From an uncultured Actinomycetota bacterium (GTDB taxonomy: Bacteria > Actinomycetota > Actinomycetes > Mycobacteriales > Micromonosporaceae): a stretch of 64,000 nucleotides of DNA. Location of the stretch: positions 76,167 through 140,166 of the forward strand of contig CAWJNH010000001.1 in NCBI GenBank assembly GCA_963844215.1, given 5' to 3'. The notes under the pieces are model-generated. The model was given only the letters and a program-made list of their open reading frames with translations, was not told the origin of the DNA and did not search any database. The position numbers and the translations under genes were made by a program. Within the stretch, counting starts at the first letter, position 1; each line of letters starts with the position of its first letter. Below, piece by piece: positions 1 to 12,486 of this stretch.

Positions 1-885
1 GTCCCAGCTGGGCATCGTCGGCCCGCCGGTGTTGGCGTACTCGGTCACGTCGCCGATCTGGGCGAAGTTGTAGAAGTGCTGGGCGTCGGCCACGTTGAGG
101 TTGGTGCAGCCGTGCGACGTGCTGCGCTGGCCGATGTTGCCGCCGTTCCAGCTGGCCGAGTGCACGAATTCGCCGGAGTTGGTGATCCGCACCGACCAGG
201 GCACCTTGAGGTCGTATCCCGGGCCGGTCATGCGCTGGACCCGGTCCTTCTCCATGACGATCTTGGTACCGCTGAAGGTGGGCGTGCCGGCCTTGCCCAG
301 CGAGACCGGGAAGGTGAACACCTGCTTGCCGTCCGAGGTGACGGTCATCCGTTCGGTACGGCCGTCGATCTTGCTGATGTTGGCCGGGCCGGTGGACATG
401 TCGAGGGTCAGGCTGTTGTCGAACACGAGACCGGGGCCGGCCGACTGGCCCTTCGCGGCCAGTTCGAGATGGATCTTGGCGTGGGCGGGCCAGTAACTCT
501 CCGTGCGGTAATGGGCTTCGAGCGGATAACCGGAGTACGTCGCCGACTTCTCGAAGTACCAGCCGCCCTGCGCGGGCGCCCCGTTGACGGTGACCGTCGT
601 GGCGGCAGCGAAGGGCTTGCCGTCGGTGACCTTGGCGGAGAGGTACGCGATGATCGGCATCCCGACCCCCCACGTGGAGCCGTCGCCCTCCAGAAACCGG
701 ACGTGCACCGGCTTTCCGGACGCGGTCGACGGGGCGACCGACGGGACGGACGCGCCGGCCGAGCTTGCCGGCCGACCCTGCCAGGTCCCGCCGGACGAAG
801 ACCCGCCACAGGCCGCCGACACGGCCAGCGTCGTGCCGAGTACGGCCGCCGTTGCCACCGACCGCCACGAATGAGAACGTCTCAT
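1..885 (-). CDS. L,D-transpeptidase lipoprotein (3' end runs off window)
   Basis: Hand translation from ATG 885: MRRSHSWRSVATAAVLGTTLAVSAAC (lipobox), then YkuD catalytic motif EFVH...RSTSHGCTNL. Confidence 0.85.
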   Translation of the reverse strand, partial: MRRSHSWRSVATAAVLGTTLAVSAACGGSSSGGTWQGRPASSAGASVPSVAPSTASGKPVHVRFLEGDGSTWGVGMPIIAYLSAKVTDGKPFAAATTVTVNGAPAQGGWYFEKSATYSGYPLEAHYRTESYWPAHAKIHLELAAKGQSAGPGLVFDNSLTLDMSTGPANISKIDGRTERMTVTSDGKQVFTFPVSLGKAGTPTFSGTKIVMEKDRVQRMTGPGYDLKVPWSVRITNSGEFVHSASWNGGNIGQRSTSHGCTNLNVADAQHFYNFAQIGDVTEYANTGGPTMPSWD

Positions 886-933
886 GACCGCGACAATGCT
901 CCGGATCCGGCCCGTCCGCCACCTCGGGTGTGA

Positions 934-2496
<1,563 letters not shown>

Positions 2497-2643
2497 TCAA
2501 CGGGAGCGGTTCGAACCGTCGGTGCGCTCACGCTTCGGCCCGCGGGGCGGCTTGTCGTTCGTCGCGAACACGGCCGCGAAGACCACCCCGACGACGACGA
2601 GCGGAATGCCGGCGAACACCAGGGCGCCTTCAAGGTCTGTCAC
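2497..2643 (-). CDS. Putative 48-aa single-TM small protein
   Basis: GTG start; MTDLEGALVFAGIPLVVVGVVFAAVFATNDKPPRGPKRERTDGSNRSR*; fills the gap after rox exactly. Confidence 0.5.
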   Translation of the reverse strand: MTDLEGALVFAGIPLVVVGVVFAAVFATNDKPPRGPKRERTDGSNRSR

Positions 2644-2741
2644 CCGGGTAAAGGTACGCGCCCGGCCGGCGGCGGACGGGACAGCGGTGGCTTCACCTAC
2701 CAGTTATCGTCACCCTTCCGGACCAGAAGGGATCAGCAGCC

Positions 2742-3719
2742 ATGCGGCGTCATGCTCCGGTGTTCGCGCTGTTCTTCCTCAGCCCGCTGGTCGCCGAGTT
2801 CTTTTCGGGCACCACGCTGCCGATCGTCCTGATCTTTCTCATCGTGCCGCTGTCCCTGTACTACGGCAGCGGCGCGTTGTTGATCCGCGAAGTCACCCGG
2901 CGGACCGGGCGGGGCTGGCCCACGATCCTGTTGCTGGGACTGGCGTTCGGCGTCCTGGAGGAGGGTGTGATCACCCAGTCGCTGTTCAACCCGAACTACC
3001 TCGACCTGAACCTTCACCTGCTCGACCCGGGCTACGTCGCGGCGCTCGGCATCGGCACCCTGTGGACGGTGTTCGTGCTGGGCGGCCACATGCTCTGGAG
3101 CATCGGCGCCCCGGTGGAGATCGTCGAGGAGTCGACCGGGTCCCGCCGGACCACCCCTTGGCTCGGCCGCCGCGGCCTGGTCGTCGTCGCGGTGCTGTTC
3201 GTGATCGGCTGCGTGATCTCGTTCGCGGTCACCAAGGCGGAGGACGCCGGCGCTCCCTTCTCCGCCTCGCCGGCCCAGTTGGGGGTCAGCACCGCGATCG
3301 CCGTGGTCCTGGTGGTCGTCGCGTTCCTCCTGCCCCGCGGCGAGCGCCGGCCGGCACCGGGCCGGGCGCCGTCCGCCTGGCTGGTCTTCGCCGCCACGAT
3401 GATCGCCGGGGCGGGCTGGGCCCTGCTGGCCGGGGCCACCTCCCTGCCGTGGTGGCCGGCCTCGGTCGCCGTGGCGCTGGTGTACCTGGGCGCGCTGGGG
3501 TTCCTGGTCGCACGGTGGTCGCGGCGCGACGGCTGGGGCCGGTGGCACCGCCTGGCGGTGGCCGCCGGGGCGCTGGCGACGTCCGGGTGGCATGCGTTCG
3601 CGATGGAGTATTCCAAGCCGGCAATCGTCGACATCGTCAGCCGGGTGATCTACCTGGTGGCCGCGGGGGCGATCGTGTGGCTCGCGGTCCGGAAGGTCCG
3701 CACGGACGCCACCCCGTAG
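2742..3719 (+). CDS. Multi-pass membrane protein
   Basis: Many hydrophobic segments; LAFGVLEEG motif; GC-rich third codon positions. Confidence 0.75.
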   Translation: MRRHAPVFALFFLSPLVAEFFSGTTLPIVLIFLIVPLSLYYGSGALLIREVTRRTGRGWPTILLLGLAFGVLEEGVITQSLFNPNYLDLNLHLLDPGYVAALGIGTLWTVFVLGGHMLWSIGAPVEIVEESTGSRRTTPWLGRRGLVVVAVLFVIGCVISFAVTKAEDAGAPFSASPAQLGVSTAIAVVLVVVAFLLPRGERRPAPGRAPSAWLVFAATMIAGAGWALLAGATSLPWWPASVAVALVYLGALGFLVARWSRRDGWGRWHRLAVAAGALATSGWHAFAMEYSKPAIVDIVSRVIYLVAAGAIVWLAVRKVRTDATP

Positions 3720-3729
3720 GTTGGTTTCC

Positions 3730-4701
3730 ATGGAGTACACACGTTTGGGAAGTTCCGGCCTCAAGGTCAGCCGGATCGCGCTCGGGTGCATGAGCTTCGG
3801 CGAGCCGGACCGCGGGACCAATCAATGGTCGCTGGGCGACGACGCCGCCGAGCCGATCTTCCGCCAGGCGATCGACCTGGGCATCACGTTCTGGGACACG
3901 GCCAACGCGTACAGCGACGGAACCTCCGAGGAGATCGTCGGGCGGGCCCTCCGCAAGTACACCGACCGTGACTCGATCGTGCTGGCCACCAAGGTGTTCT
4001 TCCCGGTGCACGACGGTCCGGGCGGCTCCGGCCTGTCCCGTAAGGCGATCTTGGAGAACATCGACGCGTCGCTGGCGCGGCTCGGCACCGATTACGTGGA
4101 CCTGTACCAGATCCACCGGTTCGATCCGGAGACTCCGGTCGAGGAAACCATGGAGGCGCTGCACGACGTGATCCGCGCCGGCAAGGCGCGGTACATCGGG
4201 GCCTCGTCGATGTGGGCCTGGCAGTTCGCCAAACTCCAGCACGCTGCCGACCTGGGCGGCTGGACGCGGTTCATCTCCATGCAGAACCAGTACAGCCTGC
4301 TGCAGCGCGAGGAGGAACGCGAGATGTTCGGCCTGCTCGCCGACCAGGGCGTCGGGTCGATCCCATGGAGTCCGCTGGCCAAGGGGCGGCTGGCCCGCCC
4401 GTGGGACGAACAGACCACCACGCGGGCGGAAGTCGATCCGCTGCATTCGCGCTACGACGGCGAGGAGAACCGACCCATCGTCGATGCGGTCCATCGGGTG
4501 GCCGAGGCCCGCGGCCTTCCGATGGCGCAGATCACGCTGGCCTGGGTGCTGCACAACCCGGTCGTGGACGCCCCCATCGTCGGTCCCACGAAGTCCCATC
4601 ACCTGGCCGACGCCGTCGCCGCCCTCGACGTCGAACTGACCGATGACGAGCTGACCACGCTGGAAGAGAACTACACGCCCCGGCTCCCGTCGGGCTACTG
4701 A
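3730..4701 (+). CDS. Aldo/keto reductase
   Basis: SGLKVSRIALGCM, DTANAYS, LATKV, DYVDLYQIHRFD, WSPLAKG. Confidence 0.9.
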   Translation: MEYTRLGSSGLKVSRIALGCMSFGEPDRGTNQWSLGDDAAEPIFRQAIDLGITFWDTANAYSDGTSEEIVGRALRKYTDRDSIVLATKVFFPVHDGPGGSGLSRKAILENIDASLARLGTDYVDLYQIHRFDPETPVEETMEALHDVIRAGKARYIGASSMWAWQFAKLQHAADLGGWTRFISMQNQYSLLQREEEREMFGLLADQGVGSIPWSPLAKGRLARPWDEQTTTRAEVDPLHSRYDGEENRPIVDAVHRVAEARGLPMAQITLAWVLHNPVVDAPIVGPTKSHHLADAVAALDVELTDDELTTLEENYTPRLPSGY

Positions 4702-5174
4702 TGGAAACGGCGCGGCTTCACCTCGTTCCGCTCGATCACGAGACCGCTCAGGCCATCGCGGACGGCAACCGCACCGGCCAGGCGTGGCACGAGCGGTTCC
4801 CCCGCGAGGACGACCGTGACGGGGCCGGTCTGTGGCTGAGCCACCAGGACCCGGTGTTCGGCACCTTCGTCATCGCCGAGCAGGCGTCCGGGCAGGCCGT
4901 GGGCACCATCGGCTTCTTCGGGCCGCCCGACGCGACAGGCACGGTGATGATCGGGTACGGCCTCGTCGAGCCGGCCCGCGGCCACGGCTACGCCACCGAG
5001 GCGCTGCGGGCACTGATCGCCTACGCCGCCCGGCAGCCCGCGTCCCGGCGCATGGTGGCCGACCCGGCCAAGGACAACGTGCCGTCGCAGCGGGTCCTTC
5101 TGAAGGCCGGCTTCACCGCGACCCACGAGACCGACGACGCCCGTTGGTACGCGCACGACCTCGCCGATGATTGA
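4701..5174 (+). CDS. GNAT (RimJ/RimL-like) acetyltransferase
   Basis: IGYGL..ARGHGYATEA, NVPSQRVLLKAGF. Confidence 0.85.
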   Translation: METARLHLVPLDHETAQAIADGNRTGQAWHERFPREDDRDGAGLWLSHQDPVFGTFVIAEQASGQAVGTIGFFGPPDATGTVMIGYGLVEPARGHGYATEALRALIAYAARQPASRRMVADPAKDNVPSQRVLLKAGFTATHETDDARWYAHDLADD

Positions 5175-5295
5175 GAAGTTCAACGCCTCCCCGCTGGGGC
5201 CTGCCTTCACCTCGGCCAGCACGCTGCTGGGAGTGGCCGCCCTCGGCTACCAGGGCCAGCTTGTCGAGGTCGACCTGACCGCGGCCCTGCAATAG
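5167..5295 (+). pseudogene. C-terminal relic of a RidA/YjgF-family protein
   Basis: MIEKFNASPLGPAFTSASTLLGVAALGYQGQLVEVDLTAALQ*; resembles the RidA C-terminal motif; no N-terminal half. Confidence 0.55.
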
Positions 5296-5319
5296 CGGCC
5301 GGCTCGGGCGGCCCCTGAC

Positions 5320-5881
5320 ATGCCTCAGCCGATTCTGCGGACACAGCGCCTGGTGCTCGTCCCGCTGGCGGACCGCCACCTCGATCTGGAGCTCGAGCTC
5401 GACGCCGATCCCGAAGTCCTCCGCTACATCACCGGCCGCGCGCGAACCCAGGAGGAGGTTGCCGAGTCCCACGCACAGCGGATGGCTCTCGCGGCCGAAG
5501 TGGACGGCCTGGGCTACTGGATCGCGTTCGGCGCTGACGGCGACTTCGTCGGACTGATGATGCTGCCGCCCGCGCACGGCCCCGACCAATCCCACGATCC
5601 GACGGTCGCGGAACTCGGCTATCGGCTCCTGCGCCGTCACTGGCGCCGGGGCTTCGCCAGTGAGGCGTCACGGGCCCTGCTGCGGCACGCCTTCGACACG
5701 GTGGGGCAGCGCAAGGTGATCGCACAGACGATGGCCGTGAACGCCGGGTCGCCGGGGCGTGATGACGGCGGTCGGGATGCGGTACGTCCGGACGTACTAC
5801 CCGGCCTGGGACGAGCCGCTGCCCGGCGCCGAGTCGGGTGAGGTGGAGTACGAGATCACCCGAGCGATGTGGGCGGCCTGA
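5320..5881 (+). pseudogene. GNAT acetyltransferase with frameshift near 5752
   Basis: ELGYRL..HWRRGFASEA..QTMAVNAGS continues in another frame as RGVMTAVGMRYVRT..GEVEYEIT..* (stop 5881). Confidence 0.75.
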
Positions 5882-5893
5882 GGTACCGCACCG

Positions 5894-6871
5894 TCACGGC
5901 GGCGGGCGCCGCAGCGCGGTGGAGTTGCGGACGACGAGTTCGGGTTCGTGGAGGAGTTCTTTGGGGGTGGGGTTGTCGCCGGTGATCTGGTTGGTGAGGA
6001 GGGTGACGGCGGCGCGGGACATGGCGTCGATGGGTTGGCGGAGGGTGGTGAGGGGTGGGTCGGTGTAGTTCATGAAGGCGGAGTCGTCATAGCCGACGAC
6101 GGAGAGGTCGGTGGGGACGGTGCGGCCGGTGCGGCGGGCGGCGCGGATGGCGCCGAGGGCGAGGACGTCGCTGCCGCAGATGAGGGCGGTGATGCCGGTG
6201 GTGAGGAGGTCGGTGGTGGTGGCTTGGCCGCCTTCGAAGGAGAACAACGCATGCCCGACCGGGCCGCCCGGGCTCAGCCGCCGGAACTCCTCGACCTTGC
6301 GGCGCGACGGCCCGTGAGTGGCCGGGCCGACGAGGAGACCGATCTCCGTGTGGCCCAGGGTCGTCAGATGGGTGTACGCCTGGCGGACCGCGTCGACGTC
6401 GTCGGTGGAGACCCGCGGGAACCCCTCGTAGTCGACCGCGGAGTTCAGCATCACCACCGGGACGCCGCGCTGGACCAGGGCGGCGTGCTCGTCGGCGGTC
6501 AGGCCGCCGCAGAAGATGACTCCGGAGACCTGCTGGTCGAGCAGCATCGTCACGTACTCGGCCTCGGTCAAACCCCCGGCTGTGCGGGTGCACAGTAACG
6601 GCGTGTAGCCGAGCTGGACCAGGGCTCCCCCGGCCACCTCGGCCAGCGTCGAGAAGATGGGGTTCTGCAGCTCGGGAAGCACGATGCCGACCAGGCGGGC
6701 CCGGACTCCCCGCAGTTGCGTCGGCCGCTCGTAACCGAGGATGTCCAGGGCGGTCAGCACCGCCTGCCGCGTGGTGTCCGACACTCCCTGCTTGCCGTTC
6801 AGCACCCGGCTGACCGTCGCCTCGCTCACCCCGACGCGGCGGGCCACGTCAGCAAGTCTTCGAGCAGCCAC
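5894..6871 (-). CDS. LacI-family transcriptional regulator
   Basis: LADVARRVGVSEATVSRVLN helix-turn-helix; DLSVVGYDD, PPLTTLRQP. Confidence 0.9.
   Translation of the reverse strand: MAARRLADVARRVGVSEATVSRVLNGKQGVSDTTRQAVLTALDILGYERPTQLRGVRARLVGIVLPELQNPIFSTLAEVAGGALVQLGYTPLLCTRTAGGLTEAEYVTMLLDQQVSGVIFCGGLTADEHAALVQRGVPVVMLNSAVDYEGFPRVSTDDVDAVRQAYTHLTTLGHTEIGLLVGPATHGPSRRKVEEFRRLSPGGPVGHALFSFEGGQATTTDLLTTGITALICGSDVLALGAIRAARRTGRTVPTDLSVVGYDDSAFMNYTDPPLTTLRQPIDAMSRAAVTLLTNQITGDNPTPKELLHEPELVVRNSTALRRPPP
5916..6258 (-). repeat. 343-bp inverted repeat, copy 1 (partner 15616-15958)
   Basis: By-eye alignment gives 1 mismatch (CAG/CAA). Confidence 0.9.
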
Positions 6872-6877
6872 GGGCGG

Positions 6878-6933
6878 GCCCCTGATCTCGGCAGAACGCA
6901 ATCACCGCTCATGCTAACGCCGAGATCAGGGGC
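6878..6933. repeat. 15-bp perfect inverted repeat (terminator or REP-like palindrome)
   Basis: GCCCCTGATCTCGGC-N26-GCCGAGATCAGGGGC between the glucanase stop and the LacI start. Confidence 0.6.
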
Positions 6934-6971
6934 ACCGGGCCGAGCAGCGGGCTCCGCCGAGCCCGAATTGC

Positions 6972-9907
6972 TCAGAATCCCGAATTACCAGGTCCGCGGG
7001 TGACGACGAAGGCCGGCGACCCGTTGTTGTTGATGCCGGCGGCGCCGGTCACCGAGGTGTTGCTGATGGTCATGGCACCGCTCACGTCGTACAGGTCGAA
7101 AGCGTACGTACCGGCGCCGGCGATGACGTCCCGGTCGACCGTCAGGTTGCTGATCCGGTGGTTGTAACTGAGCAGCACCGCCTGGTAGGTGCTGGCGTTG
7201 ATGGTGTTGCCGCTCAGCACGATCGGCTGGGTGATGTCGCCCTGGTCGGCGGCGTAGATCCAGAGGGCGCCGATGTCGGTGCTCCAGTTCTTGTCGTACG
7301 ACCCGGCCCGCTCGAGCAGGTTGTCACGCACGGTGGTGGGGCCGGAGAAGTTCTGTCCGAACCAGGAGCTGACCGTGATGCCGGACCCGTTGACGACGGT
7401 GTCCCGGACGACGTTGTTCTCGACCACGTTGTCGCCGCCGCCGTAGACGCCGATCCCGTTGGCCAGAACCGGGGTCTGCACCGTGTTGTGGCTGATCGTG
7501 CAGCCCGTGACGTTGCCGCCCTCGGTGTCGAGCGCGATGCCGTCGTCGCCGGTGTTGCGGACCGTCGACTGCTCGGCCCGGCTGCCGGTCGAACCGCCGT
7601 GCACGTGGATGCCGTCGGCGTAGATGTCCCGCACCCGCAGGCCGGAGGCGAGCAGCCCGGTCCCCGGCACCGCCCAGAGCCCGACCTTGGCGTGTTCCAT
7701 CCACACGTCGAAGATCAACGATCCCGGGGTGAAGGTGCCCTCGATCGCCGCCGCGCCCTGGTTGTTGTTGCGGAACGTGTGGTCGCCGGAGATTGTCAGG
7801 TCAGCGATCTGGTTGCGGCCGCCGGTGGTGAAGAGGCCGCCGTTGCCGTTCTCGGCGGTCGACTGGATGGTGGTGCGCCACTCACCGGCTCCGCGCAGCG
7901 AGACCCCGGCGAGATTCACCCGGCCCGAGATCGAGTACGTGCCGGCGGGCAGGAACAAGCCCTGGCCTTGGCCGGCGGCGGTGGCGGCGGCGCTGGTGAG
8001 GGCCGAGGTGACGTCGCCGCCGCCCGGGTTGACCCCGAGCGTGTTCGCCGAGACATAACCGGCGGGAATCGCGTACGCCGGATCGGCCAGTTCGGTGTCG
8101 ATGACGTCGACCGTGTAACTGCTCGCGGTGTCGCTCGCGTCCTTCTGCAGTTTGAGCACGGTGCCTGCGGCCCAGGTGGTCGGGTTGAGGTACCGCACCT
8201 CGTCGTAGAAGTGGTGGCCGGTGGTGGCGTCGGCGGTGTTGGTGTCGTTGTAGCCGTCGCCGTACAGCCAGCTGTACTTGTCGGTCACGGCCAGGCCGGT
8301 GACCTTGGCTCCGCCCGCGTACAGCGACAGCGTGCGGTTGCCGGAACCGTCCGGGATCGAGTACCGGACGACCACGGCGTTGGCCGGCTTGCTCAGGGTG
8401 ACCTGGACGTACTGGCCGGTGCCGGTGAGCTGGACCGCGCTGCGGCCGGTGGACTCCGCGGCGAGGCTCGGATAGGAGCGGCCCGCCGCGAGCTTGGTCC
8501 CGGTGGTGGTGGCGTCGGCCGCCCGGAACTCGGTGTACGGAAGGGTCGCCCCCTGGCCGCTCAACGCGGTGCCGCCGTCGACCGAGACGCTGTCGACGGC
8601 CACGTTGCCGGTGTCACCGCTGTCGTGCTCGAGCCCGATCAGATTCAGTCCGGTGCGCAGGGTCAGGGTCACCGGCACGTACGCCCAGCCGGTCGCCGCC
8701 GGCAGGGAGAGTGACCGGACCTTCACGCCGTTGAGGTACAGCGACAGAGACTGGGCCGAGCCGGTGGTGTTCTGGTAGGTGACCGCCACCGGGTACGACC
8801 CGGCCGACGGCACGAAGGTGTCGACGACCGTCTCGGCGCCCGCGCCGGTGAAACCGGTCAGGTAGCCGCTGCCGGTGTACCCGGCCAGCGAGGTGCCCAC
8901 CGACGGACCGCCGGTCACGAACGCCGTCTCAGCCTGATACGCCTGGCCCGGCGCGCCCCGGTCGGTGGCGGCGGAGGCGGCGGCGGCGACGTGCTGGTCG
9001 CCGTGCCGACGGTGATGTAGTCGAGGTTCACGTTGCCGTTGTCGGTGCTGTCGTAGCGGTACGAGATCGTGTTGCCGCCCGCCTTCAGCGTCAGGCTCTC
9101 GTTCCGGGTGGCCCAGGTGTTCCAGTCCGCGGTCGGGGCGAGCGTGGTGGTCAGCGCCTTGGTGCCGTTGAGGTAGACGGACAGGGTGCGCGAACTGCCC
9201 GTCCCGTTGGCGTAGCGGAGCCCGACCGGCGCCGCGCCGGCCGTCGAGGTGGTGACCGCGAATGTCGCGGCCGCGGTGCCCTTGTTGCTGTCGGTGAAGC
9301 CGCCGGCGAAGCCGGTTCCGGAGTATCCGGTGTGGTCGCTTTCGGTCACCGCGCCGCCGGAGAGGGTGGCCTGTTCGGCCTCGTACTGCCCGGACGCCGC
9401 CGGCGTGGCCGGGGCGACGGTGATGGCGTCGAGGTTGACGTTCGCGTTGTCGGTGCTGTCGTACCGGTAGGCGACCGAGTTGGTGCCCGCGGCCAGGCTC
9501 AGCGACGTGGCCACGGTGGACCACGAGTTCCAGTCCGCCGTGGCGGGCAGGGACACGGTCGCCTTCTTCTGCCCGGCGACGTAGAGCGACAGCGTGCGCG
9601 AGCTGCCGGTGCCGTTGGCGTAGCGCAGGGTCGATGTGTACACGCCGGCCGTCGGGACGCCGACCGCGAAGGTGGCCGCGGCGGTGCCCTTGTTGGCGTC
9701 GGTGAAGCCGCCGGCGAACCCGCTGCCGGTGTAGCCGGTGTGGTCGCTCTGCACCACGGCGCCGCCGGACAGCACGGCCGACTCGGCCTGATAAGTGGTG
9801 GTGGTGGTCGCCGCCGAGGCGGCGAACCGGGGCCACGCGACGGCCGCGGCCATCAATGCGAGAGCTGCCACCAAAAGCAGCGTGCGGTTTCGGAATACGG
9901 AGGACAT
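6972..9907 (-). CDS. Secreted GH87-like alpha-1,3-glucanase/mycodextranase with three CBM35-like modules; frameshift near 8955
   Basis: Signal peptide; three Y(Q/E)AE..GYTGSG repeats; GATLPYTE, NAVVVRYSIPD, HHFYDEVR, VWMEHAKVGLW, ADGIH, RNTGDD; reading frame switches in the Pro linker. Confidence 0.75.
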
Positions 9908-9959
9908 CGGCGCGCTCCCAGAACTGATGAAGAGCGGAATGGGGTGCCGCCGACCGTAA

Positions 9960-10130
9960 CCTGTCATTAACAAATTAGCAACATCTTGTACTAACCGATG
10001 TTGTCAATTTTTTGCGTTGAGTTTCGTAGAGTTTTTGCGCCGCCTACGGCAAATCCCGTACGGTAATTGCGCATTGGCGTTTATCTGTTGCTAAGCGCCC
10101 GACGAGCACGTAACTTGGCCGTTACATGAG
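9960..10130. promoter_or_regulatory. AT-rich divergent promoter region with candidate operators
   Basis: TTAGCAACA (9975-9983) and its inverse TGTTGCTAA (10086-10094); GTAAC-N6-GTTAC near 10110. Confidence 0.45.
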
Positions 10131-10174
10131 CGGGGTTTCTCCACCGCATTCTATTCCACGAGCAGGGATGAATC

Positions 10175-11542
10175 ATGCCCAATTTCTCGACCGGAAATGT
10201 GGCCCGTACCACGGTCGCCGCCGCCGCCGCGGCGACGCTCGTGCTCGGCGTGAGCGGGTGCGGCGGTGACAAGCCGGCGGCGTCGGCCGACGGCGTCGTC
10301 ACCATCACCGTCAACGACGAGCCGGCCAAGACCGACCCGGTCAACCGCGAAATCTTCCTCTCCGACGTGACCGCCTTCGAGCAGGCCAACCCGAAGATCA
10401 AGGTGGTGCCGCACGAAGGCCAGATGGATCCCCAGACGTTCGCCGCCAAGCTGGCCGGCGGACAGCTGGAGAACGCGTTCTACGTCTACTTCACCGACCC
10501 CGCCGGACTCATCGCCAAGCACCAGGCGGCGGACATCACCACCGCGTTGAAGAGCTTCCCGGCCGCCGCCGAGGTCAAGCCCGAACTCCGCAAGGTCTTC
10601 CAGGACGCCCAGGGCCACACGTACGGCGTGCCCGAGGGCAATTACTCGATGGGCCTGGTCTACAACCGGAAGCTGTTCCAGCAGGCCGGCCTCGACCCGA
10701 GCCGGCCACCGGCCACCTGGGACGAGGTGCGAGCCGACGCTGTCAAGATCGCGGCGCTGGGCAAGGGAATCGCCGGGTACGGCGACTACAGCAAGTCCAA
10801 CACCGGTGGCTGGCACTTCACCGCCGAGATGTACTCCCGCGGCGCTGACGTGGCGGCTCAGCAGAGCGACGGCAGCTGGAAGTCCAGCTTCAACAACGAC
10901 ACCGGGCGGGCAGTGCTGCAGCAACTGCACGACATGCGCTGGACCGACAACTCCATGGGGCAGCGGCAATTGCTGGAGTGGGCCGACCTGTTGCAGATGA
11001 TGGGCTCGGGCAAGCTCGGCATGTACCTGGCGACCTCGGACAACATTCCGACGATCGCGGCGCAGTACAAGGGAGACCCGAAGGACTACGGCCTGGGCCC
11101 GATCCCCGAGGGTAAGGGCACGCTGGCCGGCGGGGGCGGCTTCATGTTCAACCCCAAGGACACCCCGGCACAGATCAAGGCCGCGCTGACCTGGGTGATG
11201 TTCAAGTACGAAAACCCGGACCGGATCGCCGCGAGCGCTCAGCGGGCGGCGGACAAGAAGCAGCCGGTCGGCCTCCCGGAGCCGAACATCTGGACCGGGG
11301 CCGCGGAGCAGACCAAGGCGGCGGCCGACCAGAAGTACGCGAACGAGCCCGTGGAGAACTACGCGCCGTTCACCAAGGCCACCGGCACCATCCCACTGAA
11401 GCTGGAGCCACCGAAGGCCCAGCAGATCTACGCCATTCTCGACACCGCCATGGCCAAGGTGCTGACCCAGAAGGACGCCGACATCAACGCTCTCCTGGCC
11501 GACGCCGCCAAGCAGGTCGACTCCCTGCTGGCCACTCCGTAA
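10175..11542 (+). CDS. Sugar ABC transporter substrate-binding lipoprotein
   Basis: Lipobox VSGC; GLVYNRKLFQQAGLD..PPATWDE. Confidence 0.9.
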   Translation: MPNFSTGNVARTTVAAAAAATLVLGVSGCGGDKPAASADGVVTITVNDEPAKTDPVNREIFLSDVTAFEQANPKIKVVPHEGQMDPQTFAAKLAGGQLENAFYVYFTDPAGLIAKHQAADITTALKSFPAAAEVKPELRKVFQDAQGHTYGVPEGNYSMGLVYNRKLFQQAGLDPSRPPATWDEVRADAVKIAALGKGIAGYGDYSKSNTGGWHFTAEMYSRGADVAAQQSDGSWKSSFNNDTGRAVLQQLHDMRWTDNSMGQRQLLEWADLLQMMGSGKLGMYLATSDNIPTIAAQYKGDPKDYGLGPIPEGKGTLAGGGGFMFNPKDTPAQIKAALTWVMFKYENPDRIAASAQRAADKKQPVGLPEPNIWTGAAEQTKAAADQKYANEPVENYAPFTKATGTIPLKLEPPKAQQIYAILDTAMAKVLTQKDADINALLADAAKQVDSLLATP

Positions 11543-12486
11543 TGGCAACCTCGCTGGCGCCGCACCCCCGGGTGCGGCCCGCGCCGGCCCCCGCCCGGCC
11601 GAGCCGGGCGAACCGAATGCGCCGGCGAATCGGTGACAACCTCACCGCATACGCGTTTCTCGCCGCAGGCATCGTCTGCTTTGCCTATTTCTCGTGGTAT
11701 CCGCTCGTCCGCGGGATCGTGCTGAGTTTCCAGCAGGACTACCTCATCACCGATCCGGAATGGATCGGCCTGACCAATTACCGGCACCTGTTCGCCGATC
11801 CGCTGTTCTGGACGGCGTGGCGGAACACCGCCGAATTCACCGGTCTGGCCTTGATCCTGGGGTACGCCGTGCCGTTCGTGATCGCGGTGCTGCTGAACGA
11901 ACTGCGGCACTTCAAGGCGTACTTCCGGATCGCCGTTTACCTACCGGTGATGCTCCCACCGATCGTCAGCGTGATGCTCTGGCAGTACTTCTACGACCCC
12001 GGGCCGGGCCTGTTCAACACCGTCCTGCGCGGGGTCCACCTGCCGGCCTCGCAATGGGTCCAGTCGCCCCGGACCGCGATGATCTCGCTGGTCCTGGTGT
12101 CCACCTGGGCCAACATGGGCGGTGCCACGCTGATGTACCTGGCCGCGCTGCAGTCGATCCCGGGAGAGCTGTTCGAGGCGGCCGAACTCGACGGGGCCGG
12201 AGTCTGGGCGCGGCTGCGGTGGGTGCTGCTGCCGCAGATGCGCTTCATCATGCTGGTTCTGCTGCTGTTGCAGATCATCGCGACGATGCAGGTGTTCATC
12301 GAGCCGTTCCAGCTGACCGGCTTCACCGATCCGTCGACGATCACCGTGATGACGCTGATCTACCGGTACGCGTTCGCGGTGAACAACGACTTCGGACTGG
12401 CCGCGGCCATGAGCGTCCTGCTGTTCGCTGTGCTCGGCGTGTTCGCGGTGTTCTACCTGCGCCTGACCCGGGAGGGGGACCGGTGA
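11542..12486 (+). CDS. Sugar ABC transporter permease
   Basis: EAAELDGA motif; TM helices. Confidence 0.9.
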   Translation: MATSLAPHPRVRPAPAPARPSRANRMRRRIGDNLTAYAFLAAGIVCFAYFSWYPLVRGIVLSFQQDYLITDPEWIGLTNYRHLFADPLFWTAWRNTAEFTGLALILGYAVPFVIAVLLNELRHFKAYFRIAVYLPVMLPPIVSVMLWQYFYDPGPGLFNTVLRGVHLPASQWVQSPRTAMISLVLVSTWANMGGATLMYLAALQSIPGELFEAAELDGAGVWARLRWVLLPQMRFIMLVLLLLQIIATMQVFIEPFQLTGFTDPSTITVMTLIYRYAFAVNNDFGLAAAMSVLLFAVLGVFAVFYLRLTREGDR

